Positions 10,006 through 18,466 of a stretch of DNA of 64,000 nucleotides are shown here, piece after piece. Position 1 is the stretch's first letter; each line of letters starts with the position of its first letter. Both the position numbers and the translations under genes were made by a program. The notes beneath the pieces were generated by a model. That model searched no databases and was not told where the DNA came from. It was given only the letters and a program-made list of their open reading frames with translations. Source of the DNA: Acidiferrobacterales bacterium (lineage in GTDB: Bacteria > Pseudomonadota > Gammaproteobacteria > Acidiferrobacterales > SZUA-150); the NCBI GenBank assembly GCA_947258385.1, contig CAMYII010000116.1, positions 3,984-67,983 on the forward strand, given 5' to 3'.

Positions 10006-10921
10006 ATGGCTCAACCCGATTGCTACAGTATCCGGCGCCTGGCCCCGTTCCTGGGCATGACCGAGGTGATCGACACCGGCGAGGCCCGCGCCGTGAGCGT
10101 CGATGGCCTGAACTGGCAGATCCAGGTGCGCTGCCAAGGCGCACGCCGCCAAATGGGGGCGGCTCGATCAGCGTGAGCCGCTCTGGCGCTACGCCCGCGT
10201 CGGGGCCTGGTCGCCATCAGAAGGGCTGCGCCGGCTGCCGCTCGATCCGGCCCTCGACACCCAGGACATAGAGCGCCGCGCGCAGGCGCTGCTGGGCACG
10301 CTCGCGAGCAAACGCAGGCAGGTCCCGTTTCCGCCGCGGGACCGCATCGAATGGTGGCTGCTGGACGCGGCGGACAAGCGCCCGCTCGCACTGCTGGCGA
10401 GCGCGGTTGACGAGAGGTCGTTACCGCAGACCCCCACAGGTACGGAATGGATCCCGATGCGACCGGACGAGACCAGCCCCGTCCCAGGCCGGGATCACCG
10501 CCTGCATCCCCAGGCCCTGACCGCGCTGGTGGGGCGCGCGGCCGGCAAACCGGCGAGCGCCCAATGGTTCCGGCGCATCGAGAACGGGGACGGTCTGGGC
10601 CTGACCGGCGTGCACCTCGAGCCGGTGCTGCGGGGCAGGGAGCTGCCGCGCGCGTCGTTTCCGGTGCTGCTGCTGCGCGAAGACTGGGAAAATCCCGCCG
10701 AGCGTGCACTGATCCAGGATTTTTTCAACTGGCAGGCGCCGTGGTTGCTGACCCTGCCCGCGCTGTCCCCGAGCCTGCGCGACCGGCTCGAGCATGCCGC
10801 CTGTGCGCGGCCGCTGGCCGTCGATGCGGTCCACCGGTTCTACCCGCGGATTTTGAACCCGGACCTGATCAATCAAGCGCTAATCGAGGCGGCCCTGCGT
10901 CGATCCGCTTCGGAGCGCTGA
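10006..10921 (+). pseudogene. hypothetical ~300-aa protein split over two frames
   Basis: The frame starting at ATG 10006 (MAQPDCYSIRRL..) stops at 10174-10176. A second frame is open from 10112 to 10921, has no ATG before 10457, and reads as continuous protein (..KWGRLDQREPLWRYARVGAWSPSEGLRRLPLD..). The 10112-10176 overlap contains a G5 run. Confidence 0.45.
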
Positions 10922-10991
10922 ACCGTAGCATGGGGCCGCTTTCGTGTCCCTCACTCCAAACGATAATGAGATTGCGACCAAACTTGTTTTC

Positions 10992-11020
10992 TTGACAGGT
11001 CTTTGTACTACTGCGATAGT
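10992..11020 (+). promoter_or_regulatory. sigma-70-like promoter of the blaI-like gene (TTGACA-17 nt-GATAGT)
   Basis: A perfect -35 TTGACA lies at 10992-10997. A 4/6 -10 lies at 11015-11020 and overlaps the palindromic operator. Confidence 0.4.
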
Positions 11021-11028
11021 AACAAAAC
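11005..11028. promoter_or_regulatory. palindromic operator-like site 1 (GTACTA-N6-TAGTAA)
   Basis: An inverted repeat TACTA/TAGTA. About 19-20 of 24 positions are identical to a second copy at 12415-12438 (TACTACnnnGATAGTAACnAAAC). Confidence 0.55.
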
Positions 11029-11092
11029 CGTCACAAAACCGTCCCACCCGCGGCGTTCAACCGCCCGAGCACCGTGGAGCGCAACCGCACAC

Positions 11093-11482
11093 ATGGAAAA
11101 CAGCCCCGACCGTTTGGGTGATCTCGAACTGGCGATCATGAATGTGCTCTGGCGTGCCGACGGCCCACTCGAGGTCAAAGCGGTCGCGGCGCGACTGGGG
11201 CGACAGCGGGCCTATACCACGGTCATGACCACGCTGAGCCGATTGCACAAGAAGGGCTATCTGACACAGCAAAAGCACGGACGGGCGTTCGCCTACAGCC
11301 CGCGTGTCAGCCAGAAGACGATTCTCAAGAAAACGCTCTCACGCGTCGCCGCCACCCTGTTCAACGGTGATCTCCAGGAGTTGGTGCCACATCTGCTGGG
11401 CATCGACCGGCCACTCAGCGACGCGGAGCGCCGAAAACTGCAGGAGCTCGCCCTCAGCATCAAGGATCGCGATCATGACTAA
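11093..11482 (+). CDS. BlaI/MecI/CopY-family winged-helix repressor
   Basis: ..LELAIMNVLW..GPLEVKAV..AYTTVMTTLSRLHKKGYL..FAYSP.. is typical of Penicillinase_R-type repressors. The start is set at ATG 11093. Confidence 0.85.
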   Translation: MENSPDRLGDLELAIMNVLWRADGPLEVKAVAARLGRQRAYTTVMTTLSRLHKKGYLTQQKHGRAFAYSPRVSQKTILKKTLSRVAATLFNGDLQELVPHLLGIDRPLSDAERRKLQELALSIKDRDHD

Positions 11483-12365
11483 TCAGATCCTGGGCTTTCT
11501 GGTGGGCGCCGCAGTGATCACGGCGCTGTGGTCCGTGCTCGCCTGGGCGCTGGTGAAACTGTTCCGCATCCATTCACCGGCGGGTCGATTTGTCATTTTT
11601 CTGGCGCCGCTGCTGGCCGCCTTCGTCGTCAGGCTGCGCCTGAATCCGGGGGCGATGCTCCCGGTCCTGGTGCTGTGCGTGGGCGTCGCCGTGGCCTTGC
11701 TGGCCAGAGACCTGCTGCGTTGCCGGGCGCTGCGCAGACGCATAGAGGCCGAGGCCCGACCAGCGCCGGCAATCCAGGAACTCGTGGATGAACTCGCCCG
11801 GTCCTTCAAGATGCGCGCCCCAACAGCGCTGACCTGGAACCAGGGCCAGCTGGGGCCGTTCACGGGGGGGATACGCAGACCTTACGTCGTACTGACCACG
11901 GAATTGCTTTCCACCCTGGAACCCGATGAGCTCCGTGTGCTGCTGGCGCATGAGCTGGCGCATGTCCGGCGCCGGGACGCCTTATGGAAATGGCTGTTGC
12001 TGTTTCTGCGACATCTATCGTTCCTGAACCCCGCGGTCCATTGGCCCTATCGTTGGCTCAATCTGGAGATGGAACGCAGCTGTGACGAAGCCGCAAGCGC
12101 AATCATCCGCAAACCCGGCGCGCTCGCCCGCGCGCTGCTGAAAGTGGAGAGCGTCATCGCAAAACGAGGCGACAGCTGTGCACCGCGCCGGACCGAGTTC
12201 CTTGCCCACGCGGAATCGCACCTGGCGGCGCGCATTCACTCGCTCGCGACGACAGCGCCCACCCACACGGATTGGCTGACGCTGCTCAAGGTGCCCGCCG
12301 TCTTTCTGATCTTCTTCACGATCTGCCTTCAACCCGCACAAATCTGGCTCAAATTCTTCAATTAG
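11475..12365 (+). CDS. M56-family (BlaR1/MecR1-like) membrane metalloprotease transducer without a penicillin-binding sensor domain
   Basis: HExxH (LLAHELAHVRRRD) after N-terminal TM helices. The ATG at 11475 overlaps the blaI-like stop (11480-11482). At about 296 aa it is too short to carry a C-terminal PBP-type sensor. Confidence 0.8.
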   Translation: MTNQILGFLVGAAVITALWSVLAWALVKLFRIHSPAGRFVIFLAPLLAAFVVRLRLNPGAMLPVLVLCVGVAVALLARDLLRCRALRRRIEAEARPAPAIQELVDELARSFKMRAPTALTWNQGQLGPFTGGIRRPYVVLTTELLSTLEPDELRVLLAHELAHVRRRDALWKWLLLFLRHLSFLNPAVHWPYRWLNLEMERSCDEAASAIIRKPGALARALLKVESVIAKRGDSCAPRRTEFLAHAESHLAARIHSLATTAPTHTDWLTLLKVPAVFLIFFTICLQPAQIWLKFFN

Positions 12366-12414
12366 TTCAAGCATATAGCAAACACTCGGCCACACCGGGC
12401 TACGGAGACTTGAA

Positions 12415-12438
12415 TTACTACCAGGATAGTAACTAAAC
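12415..12438. promoter_or_regulatory. palindromic operator-like site 2 (TTACTA-N6-TAGTAA)
   Basis: A perfect 6-bp inverted repeat with a 6-bp spacer. It lies about 70 bp upstream of the MBL gene at the edge of an AT-rich block and is a near-copy of site 1. Confidence 0.55.
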
Positions 12439-12506
12439 TACGTTTTTATAAAATACTTCTATATATACATTATAATTTTTTATAATCTACTAGAGGAAGG
12501 AAAACG

Positions 12507-13541
12507 ATGAGGAACCATCACAACAATGCCTTACCCCTTACCGCGGCGGCCCTGCCGCTACTCACACACGCCCACCGGCATGTTGCCCGACTCATGTCGC
12601 TGGTCCTATGCGGACTCGTGCTCGGGCTGACGTCGCCCGGGAATGCCGCCCATGCGGGAGAACTGTCCGTCACCGTGTTGGGCAGTGGCGGCCCGATGGC
12701 GCTGGTCGACCGGGCCTCGGCCGGGTATCTGATAGATATCGACGGCGTGCCGCGGATCTTCATGGACGCCGGCGGGGGCACCCTGGTCAGATTGGGTCAG
12801 GGCCGCATATTCAATCTTGAGCGCGTGGATTTGTGGCTGCTCACCCATCTGCACATCGATCATGTCTCGGAATTCCCCGCCATCGTGAAATCCATGTATT
12901 ACCTGCGCCGGGCCTATAACGTAAGGACACCGTTGACGATCATCGGACCCGAGGCCTGGGGGAAATTTCCAAGCACCACGAAGTTCGTGGCCGATCACTT
13001 CAATGGGGCCGACGGGACCTATGCCTATCTGCATGATTTTCTGAACACCGTGTACAGCCCGGACATGAAGCTCGAGACCATCAATGTGCCTTACGACTAT
13101 GAAACGGTGCGAACGCCCGAGCTGGCTTTTGACAAAGACGGTGTGCGCGTGTCGACCATCCCGGTCATGCATGGACCGCGCGAATCGCAGACCCCCTCGG
13201 TCGCGTTCCGCGTCGACTATGACGGCAAGTCCATTACCTACTCGGGCGATTTGAATTCCGACAGCGGCAACCTGCTGACCCTGGCCATGGGCACGGATAT
13301 CCTTATTTACGATACCGCTCTGGGCCCCGCGCAGCGGTTTGATCCACCGGACCTGTTTCACTCCCTGCCCGCCGAGATCGGACAGACCGCTGAGGCGGCC
13401 GGGGTGAAAAAGCTGGTACTGTCTCACTTCATGCCGCCCTATACCGATCAAAAAATCGAGCGGATCGTCTCGCGGGTCAAGGAACACTATTCGGGAGAGG
13501 TGATCGTGGCCCACGATCTGCTTTCAATCCCCGTCCAGTAA
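12507..13541 (+). CDS. secreted MBL-fold metallo-hydrolase
   Basis: HxHxDH (THLHIDHVSE), an N-terminal hydrophobic signal (..LVLCGLVLGLTSPGNAAHA) and the SD GAGGAAGGA before ATG 12507. Confidence 0.75.
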   Translation: MRNHHNNALPLTAAALPLLTHAHRHVARLMSLVLCGLVLGLTSPGNAAHAGELSVTVLGSGGPMALVDRASAGYLIDIDGVPRIFMDAGGGTLVRLGQGRIFNLERVDLWLLTHLHIDHVSEFPAIVKSMYYLRRAYNVRTPLTIIGPEAWGKFPSTTKFVADHFNGADGTYAYLHDFLNTVYSPDMKLETINVPYDYETVRTPELAFDKDGVRVSTIPVMHGPRESQTPSVAFRVDYDGKSITYSGDLNSDSGNLLTLAMGTDILIYDTALGPAQRFDPPDLFHSLPAEIGQTAEAAGVKKLVLSHFMPPYTDQKIERIVSRVKEHYSGEVIVAHDLLSIPVQ

Positions 13542-13563
13542 GACGTTTGCGGTCACCGGTTTT

Positions 13564-13587
13564 GATGGGGGAGCTTCGCTCCCCATC
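13564..13587 (+). terminator. stem-loop downstream of the MBL gene
   Basis: GATGGGG(G)AGC-TTC-GCTCCCCATC forms a stem with one bulge. No T-run follows, so it is weak as an intrinsic terminator. Confidence 0.3.
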
Positions 13588-13939
13588 ATGCCACCCGGGA
13601 TTTCGATTCCCCGCTGTTCAGAAAAGCGACTTCGCCGAAGACCGTCGCTCGGACCCGGATGCTCGCAGCAAGCCGACATTAACCGTTGCAAGTAGGTCGC
13701 CGGCCAGGTCGCCTAGACCGCCGAAGGAGGGCTTTTTTGCCTGAGTTTGGACACATCCGCTACCCAAAGAGACACATACATTTAATGGGGGTATACTGTC
13801 CGCCGGGGTGGGGTCATCGACTGAGTACCGTGCTACTCGAATCCCCGCTCAGAAAACGCTCTTCTACTTGGACAGTAAACGGCCCGGCCCGCGCCACGAT
13901 GGCAGGGACGCGCCGCAATGAATCAGGAGGATTGGGGCA

Positions 13940-14833
13940 ATGTGGGAGGAGCTGAACAGTGACGTCAATGAAGACACCGAAAAATTCCTGATATCGCAAC
14001 AAAGACTCGAAGAATCGTACGCGCGATGCGCGAGCGCGGAGCTCTATCGCGAGATTGACCGCCCAAATGTCAGTTTGAATGGCGAGGCGCTTCAACGGCT
14101 GCTGGCCGGGCATGCCTCGCTGATCGCCTACGCGCATCTTTTGTTCGCCGACACGCACCGGTTTTTCCCGGATCCGCGACAGGTATTACTGCTGACGGAC
14201 GCCAACGCCTGTGTCCTTGACCTCTACTCACCGTCCAGAATCCTTGAGGCCGCCAGCTCCCGATGCGGGCTCTGCGTGGGGGTATCACTGGGTGAAAGCA
14301 GCTGTGGCACCAACGCCATTGCGCTGGCGCTGCGCCATCGCGAAGTTGCCGTCCTGCAAGGACAGCAGCATTTCTGTCGCCTGTTCCACGATTGTTGTAC
14401 GGTCGCCGCCCCGGTGCTGTCGCTGCAGGGGCGCCCCATCGCCTGTGTCGGTATCGGTTATCCCTATAACTCGCCGCTGGCGGAGAAGCCCGCCCTCATC
14501 CGATGCCTCGCCCAGAAGCTGGGGCACTTTGCCGATGCGGACATACCCTGCCCCAGCGCGGCACGTGCGTATGGTGAGTCCAGCGAAAAGGACGGAAACT
14601 ACTCCGGGGTAGCATTGACCTCGCGCCAGCGTCAGGTACTGCTCTCCTTCGCCAAGGGCTTGAGCTACAAGCAGATCGCGAGAAAACTGGGCATCAGCTC
14701 GACCAAGACCGTGGAGGAGCATCTGGATGCCGTGCGCAAGAAGCTGGGCGTCGAGTGCCGCCGGGAATGCATCCAACGGGCGACCGAGCTTGGGCTGTTA
14801 ACCGGCGGCTCAAACCACGTACCATCCCACTGA
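13940..14833 (+). CDS. LuxR/FixJ-type HTH regulator with an AcoR-like GAF sensory domain
   Basis: C-terminal LuxR HTH (LTSRQRQVLLSFAKGLSYKQIARKLGISSTKTVEEHL). The N-terminal block ..SCGTNAIALAL.. is as in AcoR-type GAF domains. AGGAGG lies before the ATG. Confidence 0.75.
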   Translation: MWEELNSDVNEDTEKFLISQQRLEESYARCASAELYREIDRPNVSLNGEALQRLLAGHASLIAYAHLLFADTHRFFPDPRQVLLLTDANACVLDLYSPSRILEAASSRCGLCVGVSLGESSCGTNAIALALRHREVAVLQGQQHFCRLFHDCCTVAAPVLSLQGRPIACVGIGYPYNSPLAEKPALIRCLAQKLGHFADADIPCPSAARAYGESSEKDGNYSGVALTSRQRQVLLSFAKGLSYKQIARKLGISSTKTVEEHLDAVRKKLGVECRRECIQRATELGLLTGGSNHVPSH

Positions 14834-14842
14834 ATACGTCTA

Positions 14843-14876
14843 CCCGCAGGGGCAATGTATTAATCGCCCCTGCGGG
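14843..14876. terminator. bidirectional hairpin between convergent genes
   Basis: A perfect 11-bp stem CCCGCAGGGGC/GCCCCTGCGGG with a 12-nt AT-rich loop. It lies between the luxR-like stop (14833) and the cytochrome stop (14904). Confidence 0.6.
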
Positions 14877-14903
14877 GGAACGATGCCGCTGGCGGCGCTT
14901 TCG

Positions 14904-16025
14904 TTAGGGCGCCGGCAGGCACTTGGCCTGGTATGCCGCCCGGATGTCCTTCTGGAGTTGCAGCATATCCGCCCACGGACCGTACTTGTGCTGCGCGGCC
15001 GTAAACACTTGCGGGTAGCTGGTATCCGGTTCGGCCGTGCTGCACGCCGCAATGTAGTCCATGTAATCCGATCTTGGGAAATAAATCGCGTAGCCGGCGT
15101 CGACCCGTTTCTTCATCCAGTTGGGCACGTCATCCGGCCCCACGCCCGACCAGTCGGACTCATGGTTGACAAAGACGGGTCGTTCCTCGGAGATAACATA
15201 AGACATTACATCCCAGGCATCCTCGTCACTCAACAGTGATTCCGGATTGGTGGCATCGGCACGTCCGTAGGGCATATTGCCTTTGACAAAGCGCACGCCC
15301 GTGCGCAGGCGATACATGCCGGCACCGTTATTGAAGGTGTCCGGTCCCCAGAGCGCCGGGAAGATAAAGGCCTGCGTATCCGGGTTCCACACGCCTTCAC
15401 CGTTATTGCCGTGGCAGGGCAGGCACTGTTTTTCGTAGAGCTGCCGGCCGCGCACCGGGTCGGCGGCGCGATCCATGTCGGGCAGGGCCTTGACGAAGCC
15501 CGTTCCCTCGACCAGCCTCCAGTCGTCGACCTGCATGCCGGTGACCAGCCAGTCAAAATAGGCAATGATGGATTGCATCTCGTAGCTGTTTTCCGGCAAC
15601 TGGCGGGAATCGATCGAGTTCATCGAACGCTGCATGCAACCGTTGATGCGCACCGGGACATTGCGGTACTCATTGGTGCGGCTGGAGAAGATGCCGGGAT
15701 CGGCATACTTCAAGGACACCACCGACCAGGGCCCCCCGTACGCAGCGGTCCCGTCATCCAGATGGCAGTTGGTGCAGGCCAGCTTGTTGCCGGTAATCGG
15801 CATCGCGCTCTCCGCCCCCAGATACTTGTAGGTTTCGGTCAGCAGCAGCTTGCCGTAACGGATCATGTCGCCTGCGGGCGTATTGGGAATGTCGGCCTCA
15901 TCGGGTGCAATCCAGGTGCCTGCAAACCCATCCTCCGGCGGCGGGGGGGGTTCCGGTTTTTTCGCCTGTGCCGTTACGGCCGTCACCAGTATTAAAACAA
16001 ATAAAGTAATGACATATCTGTTCAT
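14904..16025 (-). CDS. TsdA-like dihaem cytochrome c with a C-terminal extension
   Basis: Signal peptide MNRYVITLFVLILVTAVTAQA. Two CxxCH motifs (CTNCH, CLPCH). RINGC lies about 40 residues after haem 1. The block PALWGPDTFNNGAGM resembles thiosulfate dehydrogenase TsdA. The start is set at ATG 16025. Confidence 0.7.
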   Translation of the reverse strand: MNRYVITLFVLILVTAVTAQAKKPEPPPPPEDGFAGTWIAPDEADIPNTPAGDMIRYGKLLLTETYKYLGAESAMPITGNKLACTNCHLDDGTAAYGGPWSVVSLKYADPGIFSSRTNEYRNVPVRINGCMQRSMNSIDSRQLPENSYEMQSIIAYFDWLVTGMQVDDWRLVEGTGFVKALPDMDRAADPVRGRQLYEKQCLPCHGNNGEGVWNPDTQAFIFPALWGPDTFNNGAGMYRLRTGVRFVKGNMPYGRADATNPESLLSDEDAWDVMSYVISEERPVFVNHESDWSGVGPDDVPNWMKKRVDAGYAIYFPRSDYMDYIAACSTAEPDTSYPQVFTAAQHKYGPWADMLQLQKDIRAAYQAKCLPAP

Positions 16026-16064
16026 GGCTAAAATCCTTTTTGAGGAAAGCAACGTACCCATCGT

Positions 16065-18044
16065 TTATTTCTCACCGCGACCCCTGTGACCGCGTGCGCG
16101 CCAGGTGGTGGAGGCCATGACATAGGGCTCCGCCATGCCGGTATTCAACCAGGCATCCAGTAAGTTGACACCTTCGTCGGCGAGAAAAGCGTTGCTCCGG
16201 GTGTTAGCGAGATACAGGAACTGGATGTATTCCCAACTCGTGGGTTGATAGAGCAGCGCGATGTCAGCGCGCACGGCACCGGCCGGCGGATCGAGCCTGA
16301 CCCGATCCCAATAGTTATAGCGCCCACCGGGCCCGGGATCGCCGTACTGGCTCGCCGGCACCGGCAACGCATTGCGCCGCCTGGCCTCGTCATAGTCCAT
16401 GCCGTATGGCGGAATGCGGTTGTCCTTGGCCAGGTAGTTGTTCAGCACGAAGTGGAAAGACTCCTCGTAGCTGCCCGGTTCCTCATCGGCCAGTTGCTCT
16501 AAGGTGACCGCCACCTCACCGCTCACCCGGTCAAAGCTCACCGGGAGCTCGCCGGGCAGCCCGAATCCCAATAACTGCACGGCCCACTCCTGGGTCATGG
16601 CACCGTGGGCCTCGTAGATCCTGTTGTTGGGATCGTGCAGATCCAGAATGGTGTTTACCGTCCTGAACTCGCCATTGATTCTTACCATCAGAGCGCCATA
16701 AGCACCGTCCTCTCGAATCAGCGCGCCGTCCTCGTCATACCATTTCATGTTCAGCCACATGCGACGGCCTTCGGGGTACCCCGAGATCAGCTTATGACCC
16801 GTGAGGTTCGTGACCTTGAGGGTTTTGCCGTTGACTTTGATGGTGGCGGCCCACGTGAGATTGCGCTTGGCGCGCTCGATGCCGTCGACGATGGCCGCGT
16901 GCTGCCAGTCCTCCAAGCCGCCGCCCAGCCTGAGCTTGTCCTGCGCATCCAGGTATTGAATCGCGACCGGCGTCCAGTAGTTGCCGCCGGTCAGATCGTG
17001 CGAGGGCATGTCCTTGCGCAGCTTCGGCTGATTGTGAATGCGGCTGCTGGCCTCGCCGACGACGGGCGACAAATGGCAGGTCTGGCAGCTGAAATAACGC
17101 GGCGTGCCGTCCTCGTAGTCGCCGCGCTCCCCGGCCAGCAGGGCCTGCTCATAGGCGGCCTTGATTGCGCCCTTTTGCAGATCCTCGGGCAAGGATTTGT
17201 ATTTCGACACCCGCGTCTGGGATAACAGGCCGGCCTTGTACTCGCTATAGGTCCGTTCCACGATCCCGTATTGATACGGGAGATTATTGAACGCGGCCTT
17301 GGTCTCCAGCGGAGCGCCCGGGATGCCGCTAAACGTACCGGCCGCAAGCGGGATCTGTGCGCCGTTGTTATGCGCAAGATCACCGACCGCCGGATTCGAG
17401 ACATCGTGACAGGTGCCGCAAAGATCCACCGAACGGTGATAGTTGGACTGCAAGGAGGGATGCTTGGCCACCGCGTCACTGAAGGGTCCCAGTTTGTCCA
17501 GGCCCGGCCACACGACATATTGTCCCGCGCCGTAATGACCGATCGCGGGGTCGCCTTCGTCATTGGCAATAAACGGCGGGTTCTGCACGCCGAGGTGTTC
17601 GGACTCGTCCGGATTGGTCAACCGGTGACAGAAATCGCATTCGATACCGTCATGATCCCGGTCGGTCAGCGCGGAGCCATCGGTCGGTACCGAACGACCC
17701 GCGAGCCAACCGGACGCCGAATGGCAACGGATACACAGATCCCCCGAGCCATCGATATCCTGCTCGGCAACGGCAAGCGTGGCCCAGAACAGCGGATCAC
17801 GGCCGGCCAAAGACATCATGCTTCCCTGCCAGTTGTGACCCGGCTCGACGTCAGTATTGTAACCGCCGTGACAGAACAGGCACTGCGCAGCCGGGTCCAG
17901 GCTATTGAAGTCGCCGGGCTGAGGCACCGGACTGGCGACCTGCCCTGGCTGTGTACCAGGCATCCGGATTTCATTGGGAACGGTATCGGCGGCGTAAGCA
18001 ACACCGCACACCAAGGTAAGCACGAACGAGAGTACGAGTTTCAT
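16065..18044 (-). CDS. periplasmic pentahaem c-type cytochrome (659 aa)
   Basis: Signal peptide MKLVLSFVLTLVCGVAYA. Five CxxCH motifs (CLFCH, CIRCH, CDFCH, CGTCH, CQTCH). It lies 39 nt upstream of the TsdA-like gene on the same strand. Confidence 0.8.
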   Translation of the reverse strand: MKLVLSFVLTLVCGVAYAADTVPNEIRMPGTQPGQVASPVPQPGDFNSLDPAAQCLFCHGGYNTDVEPGHNWQGSMMSLAGRDPLFWATLAVAEQDIDGSGDLCIRCHSASGWLAGRSVPTDGSALTDRDHDGIECDFCHRLTNPDESEHLGVQNPPFIANDEGDPAIGHYGAGQYVVWPGLDKLGPFSDAVAKHPSLQSNYHRSVDLCGTCHDVSNPAVGDLAHNNGAQIPLAAGTFSGIPGAPLETKAAFNNLPYQYGIVERTYSEYKAGLLSQTRVSKYKSLPEDLQKGAIKAAYEQALLAGERGDYEDGTPRYFSCQTCHLSPVVGEASSRIHNQPKLRKDMPSHDLTGGNYWTPVAIQYLDAQDKLRLGGGLEDWQHAAIVDGIERAKRNLTWAATIKVNGKTLKVTNLTGHKLISGYPEGRRMWLNMKWYDEDGALIREDGAYGALMVRINGEFRTVNTILDLHDPNNRIYEAHGAMTQEWAVQLLGFGLPGELPVSFDRVSGEVAVTLEQLADEEPGSYEESFHFVLNNYLAKDNRIPPYGMDYDEARRRNALPVPASQYGDPGPGGRYNYWDRVRLDPPAGAVRADIALLYQPTSWEYIQFLYLANTRSNAFLADEGVNLLDAWLNTGMAEPYVMASTTWRARGHRGRGEK

Positions 18045-18466
18045 CGAAGCTGTCTCCTTCCTGGAATTCCACTTTGTTCACGCGATCGACTCGCATGAAC
18101 ACTGCTCAACCGTGAACGCCACAGGCGCTTAAGGGAAAGTAAAGTGAGTTGCGCCCTTTAATGACTTTAACGAATGACATAGGAATACACCGCAAGACGA
18201 TGTCTGTAAATGATATAAATCAATCGCTGCGCGCAATCACAACATTAACAACGTTGCGATGTTATATGTGTGTCCGCGGACCCCGGTAAAGAACGGGGTA
18301 CCTCTGATATCGATACCTATGTCTTTGGCGGGTTGCCGTTCACAGGCAGCCATGATTGACTGTAAACCACACCGCGTTTGTGCCTTTGACATCCAATCCT
18401 TTGGATGGCCCACAAGGCGTTTGTGTTGACGCGACATTGCACCCTAAGCTCCAGGGAGGTTGAGCC

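Noticed and set aside
10023-10709. 228-aa minus-strand ORF rich in Arg/Pro/Ala.
   Set aside because: Its composition is typical of an antisense frame in GC-rich coding DNA. The plus strand has a long protein-like frame.
13716-13740. A terminator-like CCGCCGAAGGAGGGC followed by TTTTTT, 180 bp downstream of the MBL gene. It could be the end of an sRNA.
   Set aside because: The stem is imperfect (4/5 pairs) and no promoter was identified upstream. I mention it only as context in the 13604-13864 finding.
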